Source: a virus (taxonomy: Duplodnaviria; Caudoviricetes). From it: a stretch of 57,599 nucleotides of DNA. The DNA is taken from the IMG/VR virus record IMGVR_UViG_3300035136_000050, positions 1 through 57,599 of that record; one strand, written 5' to 3'. Shown one piece after another: positions 10,834 through 20,363 of this stretch. How positions within the stretch are numbered: the first letter of the stretch is position 1; every line of letters starts with the position of its first letter. Both the position numbers and the translations under genes were made by a program. The notes under the pieces are model-generated. The model searched no databases and had not been told where the DNA came from. It was given only the letters and a program-made list of their open reading frames with translations.

Positions 10834-11366
10834 TGTTCGTTCCGCTTGAAGAACGCATTGGCGTAGATGAATGAGCAACTTGCGGCCTCGGCGGCGAGGC
10901 GATCATCGTCGCTATCGCCGACCATGAGGGTTTCGGAAGGGATAACGTTGGCATCAGCGATGGCCTGCAGGAGCATTCCGGGGGACGGCTTGCGCCAATC
11001 TGACTGCCAGGATGAATAGTGTTCTCCTGGAGTATGAATAATTATGTCGGGCTGGTTTTCGGGAATGGGCGACCAATGGCCTTTTTTGCTCTGGTAGGCG
11101 AAGCTGACGTAGAGCCGGGCGTCAAGGCTACGAGCCAGTCGGATCAGCCGGTACATGGTTTCATTCTTGGTGGGGTATTTGTCTGGATTGCCAAAATTTT
11201 CTTTGTGCATCCAGTAGCCCAGGCCGACGCCGCCCTGATTGGTGGCGAGGGAGATATGAGGCAGGTCGTTGCGCTGGAAGTATTCTGCGACGCCTGGTAG
11301 CAAGTCGTCGGTCCACTTTTGGGTGAGGGTGGTGTCGATATCGAAGATGATTAGTTTGGGATTCAT
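10830..11366 (-). CDS. HAD-IIIA family phosphatase
   Basis: FDIDTTL, ATNQGG, RKPSPGML, MVGDSDDD motifs. Confidence 0.88.
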   Translation of the reverse strand: MNPKLIIFDIDTTLTQKWTDDLLPGVAEYFQRNDLPHISLATNQGGVGLGYWMHKENFGNPDKYPTKNETMYRLIRLARSLDARLYVSFAYQSKKGHWSPIPENQPDIIIHTPGEHYSSWQSDWRKPSPGMLLQAIADANVIPSETLMVGDSDDDRLAAEAASCSFIYANAFFKRNEQ

Positions 11367-11411
11367 TGGAGTTCCTTTGCCAGGATTGAAGCTCCTGGCG
11401 GGCCTTTCAAA

Positions 11412-11672
11412 TTATATGGAGACGCTGGTAGGCCAGCCCGTGCTCTCTTTCCATTCCCATCGGATATCTCGGATGCTTTCGCCATCAATGAGCCATCCTC
11501 GAATTGTGTCTCCGCCTTTGTTCTCGCCCTCGATCAGGCGGTCGGTGTCGCGGAGAGCGATTATCTTGCAAGTCTCTGGCTCCATTCCCTCATTGTCGAG
11601 GGTTTCAAGCTCCGCATCAATCAAATTGACCCAGTTGGCGAATGTGGCTTGATTTGTGTTGACTTTGGACAT
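11412..11672 (-). CDS. Hypothetical protein
   Basis: AAGGAG RBS; first gene after promoter at 11726-11753. Confidence 0.6.
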   Translation of the reverse strand: MSKVNTNQATFANWVNLIDAELETLDNEGMEPETCKIIALRDTDRLIEGENKGGDTIRGWLIDGESIRDIRWEWKESTGWPTSVSI

Positions 11673-11725
11673 TGGATTTTTCTCCTTTTGTTTTTTAGAG
11701 CGGGCCGTCCCGCTCAACTATTTAC

Positions 11726-11753
11726 AGTATACCACAATATTGTGATATATCAA
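11726..11753 (-). promoter_or_regulatory. Sigma70-like promoter with internal palindromic operator
   Basis: On - strand TTGATA-16-TATACT with TG extension; CACAATATTGTG palindrome (11733-11744) in the spacer. Confidence 0.65.
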
Positions 11754-11824
11754 TAGTGAAATTGGGAAAAAGGGGCGCTGGGGAGAATCTCTAATCTGGT
11801 GTTCTGTTTTGTTCTAGTTTGGGA

Positions 11825-11840
11825 TGTTTGCGTGCAAACA
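11825..11840. promoter_or_regulatory. parS-like palindrome
   Basis: TGTTTGCGTGCAAACA. Confidence 0.55.
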
Positions 11841-11932
11841 CGAGGGGAGGAACACGGAGCGGCGGAGTGAGCGGATTAGGGGATTTGGCGCGCCGGCGGA
11901 TGAAAGGGGATTTGGTGCGACGTCGGATGAAA

Positions 11933-13162
11933 TCAGGTTTGGGCTTGCTCCAGGGCGCGGGTGTAGTATTGGAGTTTTTGGCCAAGGTTGAGGCGGGCGG
12001 TGGGGATGGTGGTATGGCAGCCGAGGGTGGCCAGACGACGGGCGAGGTAGCGGGCGTAGGAGAGGGAGACGTGAAGCTCGATTAGATCGCCGCCCGTTAA
12101 AGTGTGTTTGGCCACCAGGTCGCGGGCGAGGGTGCAGGCGTAGTCCTGGCGCGCGCGGGCTTTGGCGTGATCGCCGGACCAAAGGGGGTTTGGCCCGGCG
12201 TTACCCTCCGGGCATAAACCGTCTTGGGTGAGGATGAGCACGTGGTTGTTGTTGAGGCGGGCGCAAGCGAGGGCCTTGGTGAATAGTTGTTGACCAGGTG
12301 ATGAATTTGGCCTTGGGGCCTGGACGATGGCGAAGCGCCGTTGCGGCCGTGGCCAATAGGGATTTTGGTTTTGGAAAACGAGGGCGGTCTCGTCCTCGAT
12401 GCGGGGATAGGATGGGTCGCGGGTGACGTGGATGTTGCGGAATTGGCTGGGGATGACGGCGCGTTGGTGAGTGGCTAGCAGGGTGAGGCCCTGAGCCTGG
12501 CAGAGGGCGCGGGTGTCGGCGGTGATGGGGACGCGGCGCTTGCGCCGGACACGGTCGCCAACGATTAAAACGAGAATACCGCCCGGGGTGAGAACGCGCT
12601 TACACTCACGGTAGGCGGCACGCATGACGCGCAGGTAGTGCTCGTAGACGTGGATGTTGCCGACCTGGGCCTTGGCGTCGCCGTAGCTGAGGCCGTGGCA
12701 AGGGTGGACGTGCTGGCCGTCCAGGGCGTGGCCACTTTTGCGGTTCCAGTTGGAGAACGTGTCGAAATAGGGGGGCGAGGTGAGGATGGCGGGGAAGGTG
12801 GCATTGGGCAACGGGAGGTGCAGCGCGTTCCATTGGCAGGTGAGGACGGGAGAGACGAAAAGCTGGCTTGAGCGGATATGGAGCGCGTTTTGGTTTTGAA
12901 GCGCGGCCCAGTGCGGCTCGACGTCGCCGGAGAGGACGGGTCGGGATTTGAGGGCGGCAAGCAGGATGGAGCCAGCGCCGCCAAAGGGGTCCAGGACGGG
13001 CTGGCCCTGGGCCGTGTAATGGTCGAGGAGCCAGGCGAGCCAGTAGAGGTTGACGCGGGCCTTGTGCTGGAAGGTGGTCGGGGTGAACAGGCGCTGGCGC
13101 AGGTGGTGGTCACGGCCGAAGGAATGTGGATTGGCGGAATAGGCGGATAGAGTAGTGAGCAT
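11933..13162 (-). CDS. Amino-DNA methyltransferase fused to a DUF6884-like domain
   Basis: Motif I DPFGGAGS then motif IV TSPPY; C-terminus aligns by eye to ORF 14949-15476. Confidence 0.8.
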   Translation of the reverse strand: MLTTLSAYSANPHSFGRDHHLRQRLFTPTTFQHKARVNLYWLAWLLDHYTAQGQPVLDPFGGAGSILLAALKSRPVLSGDVEPHWAALQNQNALHIRSSQLFVSPVLTCQWNALHLPLPNATFPAILTSPPYFDTFSNWNRKSGHALDGQHVHPCHGLSYGDAKAQVGNIHVYEHYLRVMRAAYRECKRVLTPGGILVLIVGDRVRRKRRVPITADTRALCQAQGLTLLATHQRAVIPSQFRNIHVTRDPSYPRIEDETALVFQNQNPYWPRPQRRFAIVQAPRPNSSPGQQLFTKALACARLNNNHVLILTQDGLCPEGNAGPNPLWSGDHAKARARQDYACTLARDLVAKHTLTGGDLIELHVSLSYARYLARRLATLGCHTTIPTARLNLGQKLQYYTRALEQAQT

Positions 13163-13323
13163 TAGTGTTTGTCTCTGATCTGGAGCAGGCGCAGGGCGAG
13201 GCCGCGATGGTTATCAGGCAGATCGCTATTAGTGTTAGCATGATTTTGTTCCTCGTGGGGGTGCAGGGGTGCAAAAGGGGCGCTGCACCCCGCTGCACCC
13301 TATGTGTCTGCACCCCTGCACCC

Positions 13324-14922
13324 CTAGTTGCGGCCCAGGAGTTGGTTAATGGCTTTGGCGCGCGAGCCGGATTTGCCGGTTGGTCCCCAGAGGTCTTTCA
13401 TGATGGCGGTGGTTGACGCGCCCTGGCGGCCGAGTTCGCGGACGCGCTGTTCTTCGTTGGGGGAGAGGCTGGCCGTGGGGCCGTCGTCGGTTGGGGGCGG
13501 CTCGACAGATGGCGCGGGCTGGCGCGGGCCGGATTGGCCGGCGAGGAGGGCGTCTATTTCGGCGCGGGTGATGACGGGGGCCTGGAGTTCGACGTCGTTG
13601 TTGTAGCCTCGAAGGCGGCAGATAGCGCGGCCAGCATCGAGGCCCTGGGCGCGGGTGTGACCCAGGAGGACACGGGCTTGATGCGGATCGGCGGCGTGGA
13701 ATTGGACGCGGGTGACGAGCTGGTTGCGGATCTCGCTGGCGGTGGAAGAGACCTTGAAATCCTGGCCGGCCAGGACGAGCCAGAGGCCGAAGGAACGACC
13801 GAGCAGCACCAGGTCCACGGCCTGGCTGGCGATTTGTTTGTCCCCCCGGAGCAGGATGGTGCCCTCGTCGAGCAGGGCCACGAGGGGGCGGAATTGGCCC
13901 GCGCCGTTGGCCCTGGCGTTATAGTCGGCGAGGCTCTTGGCCCCGCCGATGGATTCAAAGGCGGCTTTGCGGGCCTGGAGCTCTTCGTAGCAGGCGGCGA
14001 GGATGGCGCTGCCGTCGTCGCGGGCCGTGACGACGGGCCAGCGCAGGGCGGCGGCGTCCCGCCAGGCGACGAGTTCGCTCTTGAGATCCACGATGGCGAG
14101 GTCGCAGGCGTTGGATTTGACGAATTGGTAGAGTAATGATTCCAGGAAGGTTGTTTTGCCAAAGCCGGTGGAACCGGCGACGGCAAAGTGGACCAGGTCG
14201 TCCATGGCCATGGAGATGGGTTGTTGTTGGCCAGTGGCAGGGTCGCATGTGACGCCGAGAAAGACGCGGTCCAGGGATGCGCCGCCCTGGGCGTCGAGGT
14301 AGCGCGCGAGGGGGACGTAATTGGGCCAGTTCATGATGACGTCGCGGGTGGATTCGTCGGCGGCGGCCAGGGTAGGCGGGGCGTTGTTGGTGGTGTGAGT
14401 GGTGTAGGAGCGGGCTTGCTCGGCCTGGACACGCTGCGCGCCGGCGGTGACGAGGAATTGGGCTTGTTCCCAGCCGGGGGCGACGAGCACGTCTCCGTCG
14501 CTGAGTTGGGTGGTTGCGCCCACGGCACGGTTGGCGTCGAAGATGGTCCAACGGCCACCGGCCTTGGAGATGACGAGGGGGAACAGGCCACCGATGGGGG
14601 CGATGGTGGCAGCCCAGCGCCAGCCACGCAGGGTGAGGGTGGTGATGAGGCCGAGGCCGGCGGCGGTGATCAGGACCAGCGCCACGAGGCGGAGCAGGAT
14701 GTAGACGGCCAGGTCCACGGGTTCGCGGCGGGCGCGGTCGGCGCGGGCCTCGGCCCAGCGGGCCTGATTTTCCTCAAGGGTGGCTTGCTCGTGGGCGCGT
14801 TGCTCGGGGGTGAGGGCGGGGGGGTCGCAGCCTCGGAAGGCGACCCAGGATAGGGCGATGATGACGATGATGGCAAAGGGGGTTGGTGAGTTTAGAAATC
14901 TGGGGAGTGTTAGGTTGCGCAT
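13324..14922 (-). CDS. Membrane-anchored FtsK/SpoIIIE (TraB-like) ATPase
   Basis: Two N-terminal hydrophobic segments; AGSTGFGKT, IVDLK, LLDEG, GRSFG-LVLAGQ; C-terminal HTH-like end. Confidence 0.82.
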   Translation of the reverse strand: MRNLTLPRFLNSPTPFAIIVIIALSWVAFRGCDPPALTPEQRAHEQATLEENQARWAEARADRARREPVDLAVYILLRLVALVLITAAGLGLITTLTLRGWRWAATIAPIGGLFPLVISKAGGRWTIFDANRAVGATTQLSDGDVLVAPGWEQAQFLVTAGAQRVQAEQARSYTTHTTNNAPPTLAAADESTRDVIMNWPNYVPLARYLDAQGGASLDRVFLGVTCDPATGQQQPISMAMDDLVHFAVAGSTGFGKTTFLESLLYQFVKSNACDLAIVDLKSELVAWRDAAALRWPVVTARDDGSAILAACYEELQARKAAFESIGGAKSLADYNARANGAGQFRPLVALLDEGTILLRGDKQIASQAVDLVLLGRSFGLWLVLAGQDFKVSSTASEIRNQLVTRVQFHAADPHQARVLLGHTRAQGLDAGRAICRLRGYNNDVELQAPVITRAEIDALLAGQSGPRQPAPSVEPPPTDDGPTASLSPNEEQRVRELGRQGASTTAIMKDLWGPTGKSGSRAKAINQLLGRN

Positions 14923-14948
14923 GGTTGGACTCCTTCCTGTTGGCCCGG

Positions 14949-15476
14949 CTAAAGCCTGGACTCCAGGGTGGGCAGATAACTGTTTGTTATGTGAGCTGGA
15001 TGTTGGGTATTGGATATTAGGTATTCGATTTGTTGGTTGAGCCAGCGCAGTTGCTGGCCGATGCCCAGGCCCTGCATGGGGATTTCTATGGTGTAGCCCA
15101 GGGCTTGGAGCCAGCGGGCCAGGCAGGCGTGGTAGGGTTTGCCAGCCAGGATAGTGATTTGGTCCTGGAGAGTGATGTGGTGGATGAGGTCATGTAGGAC
15201 ATTGGCAGACCAGCGTCGCCGGTAGCTGCCGGACGCCTGGGCGAGGGTGAAATCGTAGGGCGCGATGATGGCGGCCGGGTCTACGAGATGGTGATGGGCG
15301 CTGAGGATGTACCAGCGGTCGGCGACTAGTTCGGCGTAGCGGCGGGCCTTTTTGAACCAGACGGATTGGTAGAGGTCGGCGGCGGGGGCGGGATGATCTA
15401 GTTTTTGGCCGACGCAGGCGACAAGGGCGATTTGCTCGGCGTATCGGACATTGATTGTGATTAGAGATTCGGTCAT
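14949..15476 (-). CDS. DUF6884-like protein
   Basis: LVACVGQK, AADLY-S-WF, WYILSA, PYD-TL, GLGIGQQLRWL pattern. Confidence 0.7.
   Translation of the reverse strand: MTESLITINVRYAEQIALVACVGQKLDHPAPAADLYQSVWFKKARRYAELVADRWYILSAHHHLVDPAAIIAPYDFTLAQASGSYRRRWSANVLHDLIHHITLQDQITILAGKPYHACLARWLQALGYTIEIPMQGLGIGQQLRWLNQQIEYLISNTQHPAHITNSYLPTLESRL
14970..14996 (+). other. dif/lox-like site C
   Basis: GGGCAGATAA-CTGTTTG-TTATGTGAGC; in the non-conserved tail of the DUF6884-like gene. Confidence 0.85.
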
Positions 15477-15817
15477 GGTAGCACCTCGGTGTTTTCTAGT
15501 AGGGGGTTGCGTTTTTCACGACGCCAGACGAGGCGGCCGTCCTGGCGGATGGCGTAGACGTAGTTGGAGACGTTGACCAGGCCGGCGCTGAAATAGCGTT
15601 GGACGTCGCGGACCTGGGCGCGGGTTAGTTCGCCGAAATATTTGATCTGGTCGGGCGGCAGGCCGAATTGGCGGGCGTAGCGTTGTTTGGCTGGAGAGCA
15701 CGGATTGGCAGAATGGAGGGATGATGCCCTGGGTGCAACCCGCTCGCAATCGTCTTCGACAGGCTCAGGCTGATTGCTCGCTATGCTCATTGTTCGTTGA
15801 GCTTTGATTTGGTTCAT
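15473..15817 (-). CDS. Hypothetical protein
   Basis: ATGA-coupled to both neighbours. Confidence 0.6.
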   Translation of the reverse strand: MNQIKAQRTMSIASNQPEPVEDDCERVAPRASSLHSANPCSPAKQRYARQFGLPPDQIKYFGELTRAQVRDVQRYFSAGLVNVSNYVYAIRQDGRLVWRREKRNPLLENTEVLP

Positions 15818-16686
15818 GAGAGCACCTCGATGCCGTTGCCGTTACGGCGGATTTGGCCGGATTCTTCGAGCTGGCCGAGGGTTAGTGTGACCCAGGATTT
15901 GGAGCGGCCAATGGCGTGGGCGGCGTCGCGGTGGGATGCGCCCGGGTTTTGGTCAAAGTAGTCTAGCAGGTCGGCGGTGGCCTGGGCACGGTTGCGTCGC
16001 CTGGCCCGGTTAGCGTGGTCAAGGTGGGCCTGGTTGGCCGATGGGGCGGCCAGGACGTGGGCAGGTTGGCCGGTTGGGGCCTGGTTATTGCCCGGTTTGT
16101 GACCGGGCAGTTGGCCGGTTTGTGACCGGGCAGGGGTGGTTAATTGGCCGGTTCCTGGCCGGTTATTGTCCGGTTTGTGAGCGGACAATTGGGCGGCTTT
16201 TGACCGGGCAGGGGTGGGCAATTGGGCGGGCAGGTCGCCGGTTTCGCGGCGGGTTTGGTTGGAGCGAATGGCCAGGTTTGTGGCTCCGACGACGGCCAGT
16301 ATGGGGAAAATGGCCGGGGCGACGGTGGACAGGCCGGGCCGGACTTCGAGTACAACGGTGAGGCTGATGGTGACGACGACGTAGACAGCGCCGGTGGTTA
16401 TGGAGAGCCAGAGCAGGCCGGGGGGGGCGAGGGTGCGGCCACGCTTGAGGTTGCCGGCGGGGGTGAGGCTGGATTGGTTCCAGTCGTAGAGACGCAGGGC
16501 GGTGGCGACGGTGGAGATACCGAGGGTCTCGATGACGGCGGCGATGATCAGGGCGATGGCCAGGGGCACGTCCAGGTGGGCGCGGGCGGCGCGGGCGACG
16601 AAAAAGGCGCTAGGCCCAGGGGCGAGCCAGGGGGCCAGGCGGGCGACGAGGTCCAGGGCGGTTTGTTCGAGATTGGGTGTTTTCAT
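15814..16686 (-). CDS. Multi-TM protein with Pro/Gln linker and C-terminal HTH (Spd-like architecture)
   Basis: About 4 hydrophobic segments, duplicated linker, ASHRDAAHAIGRSKSWV HTH. Confidence 0.65.
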   Translation of the reverse strand: MKTPNLEQTALDLVARLAPWLAPGPSAFFVARAARAHLDVPLAIALIIAAVIETLGISTVATALRLYDWNQSSLTPAGNLKRGRTLAPPGLLWLSITTGAVYVVVTISLTVVLEVRPGLSTVAPAIFPILAVVGATNLAIRSNQTRRETGDLPAQLPTPARSKAAQLSAHKPDNNRPGTGQLTTPARSQTGQLPGHKPGNNQAPTGQPAHVLAAPSANQAHLDHANRARRRNRAQATADLLDYFDQNPGASHRDAAHAIGRSKSWVTLTLGQLEESGQIRRNGNGIEVLS

Positions 16687-16919
16687 TGGATTAGTTCTCC
16701 CGGGGCGAGGTCCAGGCGGGGCAGGTAGGCGACGGGGACGTCTAGCTGGGCCTGGGCGGCGAGGGCGAGGGCGTGGAAGGCGGCGGCGATGGTTTCGAGG
16801 GCGTCGGCGTCTGGCCCGCCGGCCGTGGCTGCGGCGTCGCAGGCGCGGGCGAGCTGGCGACAGTCGGCGATGGTGAGGCTGAGGGTGACGAGGCCGAATT
16901 GTACCTGGTTGATCTTCAT
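16683..16919 (-). CDS. Hypothetical protein
   Basis: Coupled start/stop; AAGGAG RBS. Confidence 0.6.
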   Translation of the reverse strand: MKINQVQFGLVTLSLTIADCRQLARACDAAATAGGPDADALETIAAAFHALALAAQAQLDVPVAYLPRLDLAPGELIQ

Positions 16920-17222
16920 GATTTGGAAGCTCCTTTATGTGAGTTAGCAACACAAAGTCCCATAGCGACCGGTTGCAGCTTTCTCGGAGCTTCCAAACTC
17001 ACAAGAGGCAGCAGTTGCCGGTCACTATGGGACCTTGGGTGGGGTGCGCGATTGGGATATGGTAAAGCGACGCTGTTGGTTGCGACAAAAAAGCTGCGCT
17101 CTAGGTATGAGTTTGGAAGCTCGCTGATTATTGTATCATGGATGGCGTTCATAGTCAATAGCTCGTTTGTTCGTGAGAACACGGATTGGCGGAATGGACG
17201 GATGGTGGGGCGAGATCGGATT

Positions 17223-17918
17223 TTATTGGTCATCGTCGCTGGTCTCCTGAACACGGAGCGGCGGGATGGACGGATGAGGCCCGGCGAGGGCGTAACGCTC
17301 GCAGCGCCAGGAACGGATGGCCCCGGCGAGTTCGAGCTGGGCGAGGAGGCGGGCGACATCGCGCAGGGGGAGTTTGGTCTTCTGGGCGATGGTTTGGTAG
17401 TGGACGCCGAGGCCGTCGCGGTCGAGGGTGTGGATGGCGGCGAGGATATAGGCGCGCGGGTCAGGCGATTGGATGGGTTGGGCTGGTTTTGCGGATTCGT
17501 CGAATAGGACGTATTCGAGGACGTCGTTGGTAGCCTGGGCCAGGTCCAGGAGGGCGTTGTAGCCGTCCCATTGGCTGAGGCAGTAGGCGGCGTTGCGGGA
17601 GTGGGCCTCGGTAAAGGCGGCGAGGCCGTGGGGGCCGTAGTGGTCGGGGTGGGACCGGGCGGCGGCGATGAATTTGGCGAGGGGGGCCTGGAGCAGGAGG
17701 GAGCGGCAGTGGGGGCAGCAGGGTAGGGGGCCGAGGGGGGCGTCGTCGGTGTCGGGATGGCGGGCGATGTCGCTGGGGAAGGTGGTCCACCAGCAGCAGG
17801 CGGCGGAGTAGATGGCCCACTGGCCGCCGCCGTAGAGGGGGATGTCGGGGGATTGGGATTGGATTTGGGATAGGGTTATTTTGGATATTGGGTATTGGGT
17901 ATTAGATATTTGAGACAT
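17223..17918 (-). CDS. Hypothetical protein, Cys motifs and C-terminal winged HTH
   Basis: CCPHC; YQTIAQKTKLPLRDVARLLAQLELAGAI. Confidence 0.55.
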   Translation of the reverse strand: MSQISNTQYPISKITLSQIQSQSPDIPLYGGGQWAIYSAACCWWTTFPSDIARHPDTDDAPLGPLPCCPHCRSLLLQAPLAKFIAAARSHPDHYGPHGLAAFTEAHSRNAAYCLSQWDGYNALLDLAQATNDVLEYVLFDESAKPAQPIQSPDPRAYILAAIHTLDRDGLGVHYQTIAQKTKLPLRDVARLLAQLELAGAIRSWRCERYALAGPHPSIPPLRVQETSDDDQ

Positions 17919-17928
17919 TGGGTTGCTC

Positions 17929-18498
17929 CTATAGTGGGTCTATGCCGATTTGCAGGCAGTCATGGATCCAGCGGGCGAGGTCGTCGGGGGTTTGGGCGCG
18001 CTGGATGGCGGCGCGAAGTTGGGCGAGTTCGGCGGTGAAACCGGAGCCGTCCCAGCAGGGGGCGTTGATGTAGTGGACGAGGTAGGCTTGCAGGATGGCG
18101 AATTGGGTTGGAGTGGGGGGCGGGTTGGCTGGGTCCACGCGGTGGTCGAGGTAGGCGTTGACGGCGGCGGGGATTTGGCCGGTGAGTTCGTCACGCCAGT
18201 TGTAGGGTAGGCCCAGGGGGGGGCGGTAGAAACCGGGCAGATAGCCCTGGGCTGGGTTGGAGAGGGGGATCAGGACGTCGCCGGGGTTTTTGAGCAGGCC
18301 TGATTTTTGGAAGCAGGCTGGATGGAAGCGGGCCTCGATGTTGTTGGCGAATATTCTGATGGGGACGTCGGTGATGGGCTGGCCGCAGAGGCTGCAAGTG
18401 CAGCCGGGGTGGCCGGCGTCGGGGCTGGTGGTGTACCAGGTGATGGTTGGTTGGGTATTGGATATTGGAGATTGGGTATCGAGTAGTGTCGGGGACAT
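17929..18498 (-). CDS. Hypothetical protein with Zn-finger-like motif
   Basis: CSLCG...FHPACF; AGGAG RBS before ATG 18498. Confidence 0.55.
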   Translation of the reverse strand: MSPTLLDTQSPISNTQPTITWYTTSPDAGHPGCTCSLCGQPITDVPIRIFANNIEARFHPACFQKSGLLKNPGDVLIPLSNPAQGYLPGFYRPPLGLPYNWRDELTGQIPAAVNAYLDHRVDPANPPPTPTQFAILQAYLVHYINAPCWDGSGFTAELAQLRAAIQRAQTPDDLARWIHDCLQIGIDPL

Positions 18499-18508
18499 GA
18501 TTTTGCTC

Positions 18509-19396
18509 CTATTCGGTGGGCGTCCAGCCGAGGTCCTCGGTCTGGCGCGGGCGGATGTGGACGACCTCGGAGACGCCGGCGAGGTCGAGGATGAAATGGC
18601 CGGCGTCGAGGCGGGCGAGGTGGGCGAGGGGGATGTGGCGGGAGAGGTAGGGGCGGATGGCGTCGTAATCGTTGAGGATTTCGACACGGCCCAGAAGTTT
18701 GACGTTGACTTGGGCAAAGACGGATTTGGAGAGGTCGCCGGGGCGCTGGGTGGCGAGGACCCAGTTGATGCCGCGCTTGCGGCCCCGGCGGGCGAGGCGC
18801 TCTAGCCACTCGCGGGATTCAGCGGCCCCCCGTTGTTTGCGCTGGGGGGCGATCTCGGCGGCCTCGTCTACGAAGAGGAAGCAACGGCGTTTGACCTGGC
18901 CGGCGGTGGTGTAGAAGTCGAGGGCGAGGCGGCGGAAGATTTCGCGCTGGGCATCGAGGGTAAGCTCGCCGACGTCGAGGACGGCAGCGCCGCCCTCGTG
19001 GAGCACGAAGTTGACGATGCCAATATGTTCCCACCCGAGGTCGGGCACCTCGATGACCTCGACGCCGGGGAGGGCGGCGAGTCCGGCGAATTCGGATTCC
19101 TGATCGAAGACGAGGAAGGGGTAGCCGACGCGGTGGACCTCTTCGGCGATGACGGCGAGGGCGTAGGATTTGCCGGAGCCGCTGGAACCGATGAGGATGA
19201 GGCGGTAGCCCTGGGTGCGGAAACGCGCGCCGTCGAGGTCGAAGGTGACGGGACCGGTGACGGGGTGGTCGGCGATGTGCAGGACCGGGGGGATGCTGGC
19301 CCGGGGTAGGACTTCGGCGAATTTGACATGGCCGTCGTCGGTTTCGAGCAGGCCGAATTGGGTATTGGGTATTGGAGTTTGGGTATTGAGCGTCAT
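18509..19396 (-). CDS. HerA/DUF87-like P-loop ATPase
   Basis: GSSGSGKS, FDQESEF, FVDEA, RGRKRG-ATQRP. Confidence 0.85.
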   Translation of the reverse strand: MTLNTQTPIPNTQFGLLETDDGHVKFAEVLPRASIPPVLHIADHPVTGPVTFDLDGARFRTQGYRLILIGSSGSGKSYALAVIAEEVHRVGYPFLVFDQESEFAGLAALPGVEVIEVPDLGWEHIGIVNFVLHEGGAAVLDVGELTLDAQREIFRRLALDFYTTAGQVKRRCFLFVDEAAEIAPQRKQRGAAESREWLERLARRGRKRGINWVLATQRPGDLSKSVFAQVNVKLLGRVEILNDYDAIRPYLSRHIPLAHLARLDAGHFILDLAGVSEVVHIRPRQTEDLGWTPTE

Positions 19397-20094
19397 TGGT
19401 TCGAGTTCCTTTTGATTTGGGTGAGTGAGCGTGTGGACGTGGGGTGGTTTTTGTATTTACTACACGCAATGGCGCGCAGGGGGTTGGCCGGGCGCGAGTT
19501 TTGCCAGTCCTGGACCAGGGATTGTTTGAGGGAGCGAATGTAGAGGCCGCGTGGGGCGGCGTTGTGCTGGCGCAGGTATTGGTAGAGGACAGCTATGTAG
19601 AGATCGCGGATGGGCCTGGGCAGGATGGAGGCGGCGTTGAATTGGTGGTCGGTGTGGTACTCGCTGGTGTTGGTGTTGGATAGGGTCACGGGGAAGGCGA
19701 CGAGGTCCTCGGGCTGGTGCCAGATGTAGTGACGCCCGTGAACGTTGAAGACGAAGCAGATGAGGTAGTAGGTGCGATAGATGCCGGTGCCGTCGCATTT
19801 GTAGCAGTCGAGTTCGCCGGATCCCCAATAGTCGCCGGTGCCGTCGCAGGACCAGCATTCGAGGTGTTGGGCCTGGCGGCGGGCGGCGATGCAGTAGCCC
19901 TGTTCATAGAATGATTGAATGAGGGAGGTTTTGAGGGTGTAGATGGCGGCGCGGTGGGCGTAGTCGCAGTGGCGGGCGTGGCGATTGAGGTGCCAGAGGC
20001 AGCGGGCGACGAGGCGCTGGTCGTGGGCGTGGAGCCAGCGCCGGGCCTGGTGGAGGAGGTGTTGTTGGTGGAGGTAGAGTTTTAGGTATTTCAT
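19393..20094 (-). CDS. Hypothetical protein with CxxCxGxG zinc-finger repeats
   Basis: CWSCDGTG...CYKCDGTG. Confidence 0.65.
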   Translation of the reverse strand: MKYLKLYLHQQHLLHQARRWLHAHDQRLVARCLWHLNRHARHCDYAHRAAIYTLKTSLIQSFYEQGYCIAARRQAQHLECWSCDGTGDYWGSGELDCYKCDGTGIYRTYYLICFVFNVHGRHYIWHQPEDLVAFPVTLSNTNTSEYHTDHQFNAASILPRPIRDLYIAVLYQYLRQHNAAPRGLYIRSLKQSLVQDWQNSRPANPLRAIACSKYKNHPTSTRSLTQIKRNSNQ

Positions 20095-20129
20095 CGGTTT
20101 GTCCTTTGGGTATTAGGTATTGGGTATTA

Positions 20130-20156
20130 GGGCAGATAAGACGTTATTATGTGTCC
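20130..20156 (+). other. dif/lox-like site D
   Basis: GGGCAGATAA-GACGTTA-TTATGTGTCC. Confidence 0.85.
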
Positions 20157-20363
20157 TGGTTTTGAGTGTTGGGATAGGTGAGATGGATTGCTAGAAAGTC
20201 CAGGAACAATATGAGATAGGCTGGTTTTGTGTAGCCGGTCACGAATAGATAGACGGTTAGCAGACAAACCAGGGCGGTGATTAGTAGTTTTGTGTCGTCT
20301 TCGAGTAGCCATAGTAGTTTGTTCATGGTGCTCCTTAGAACGCGGAACGGCGGAATGGGCGGA

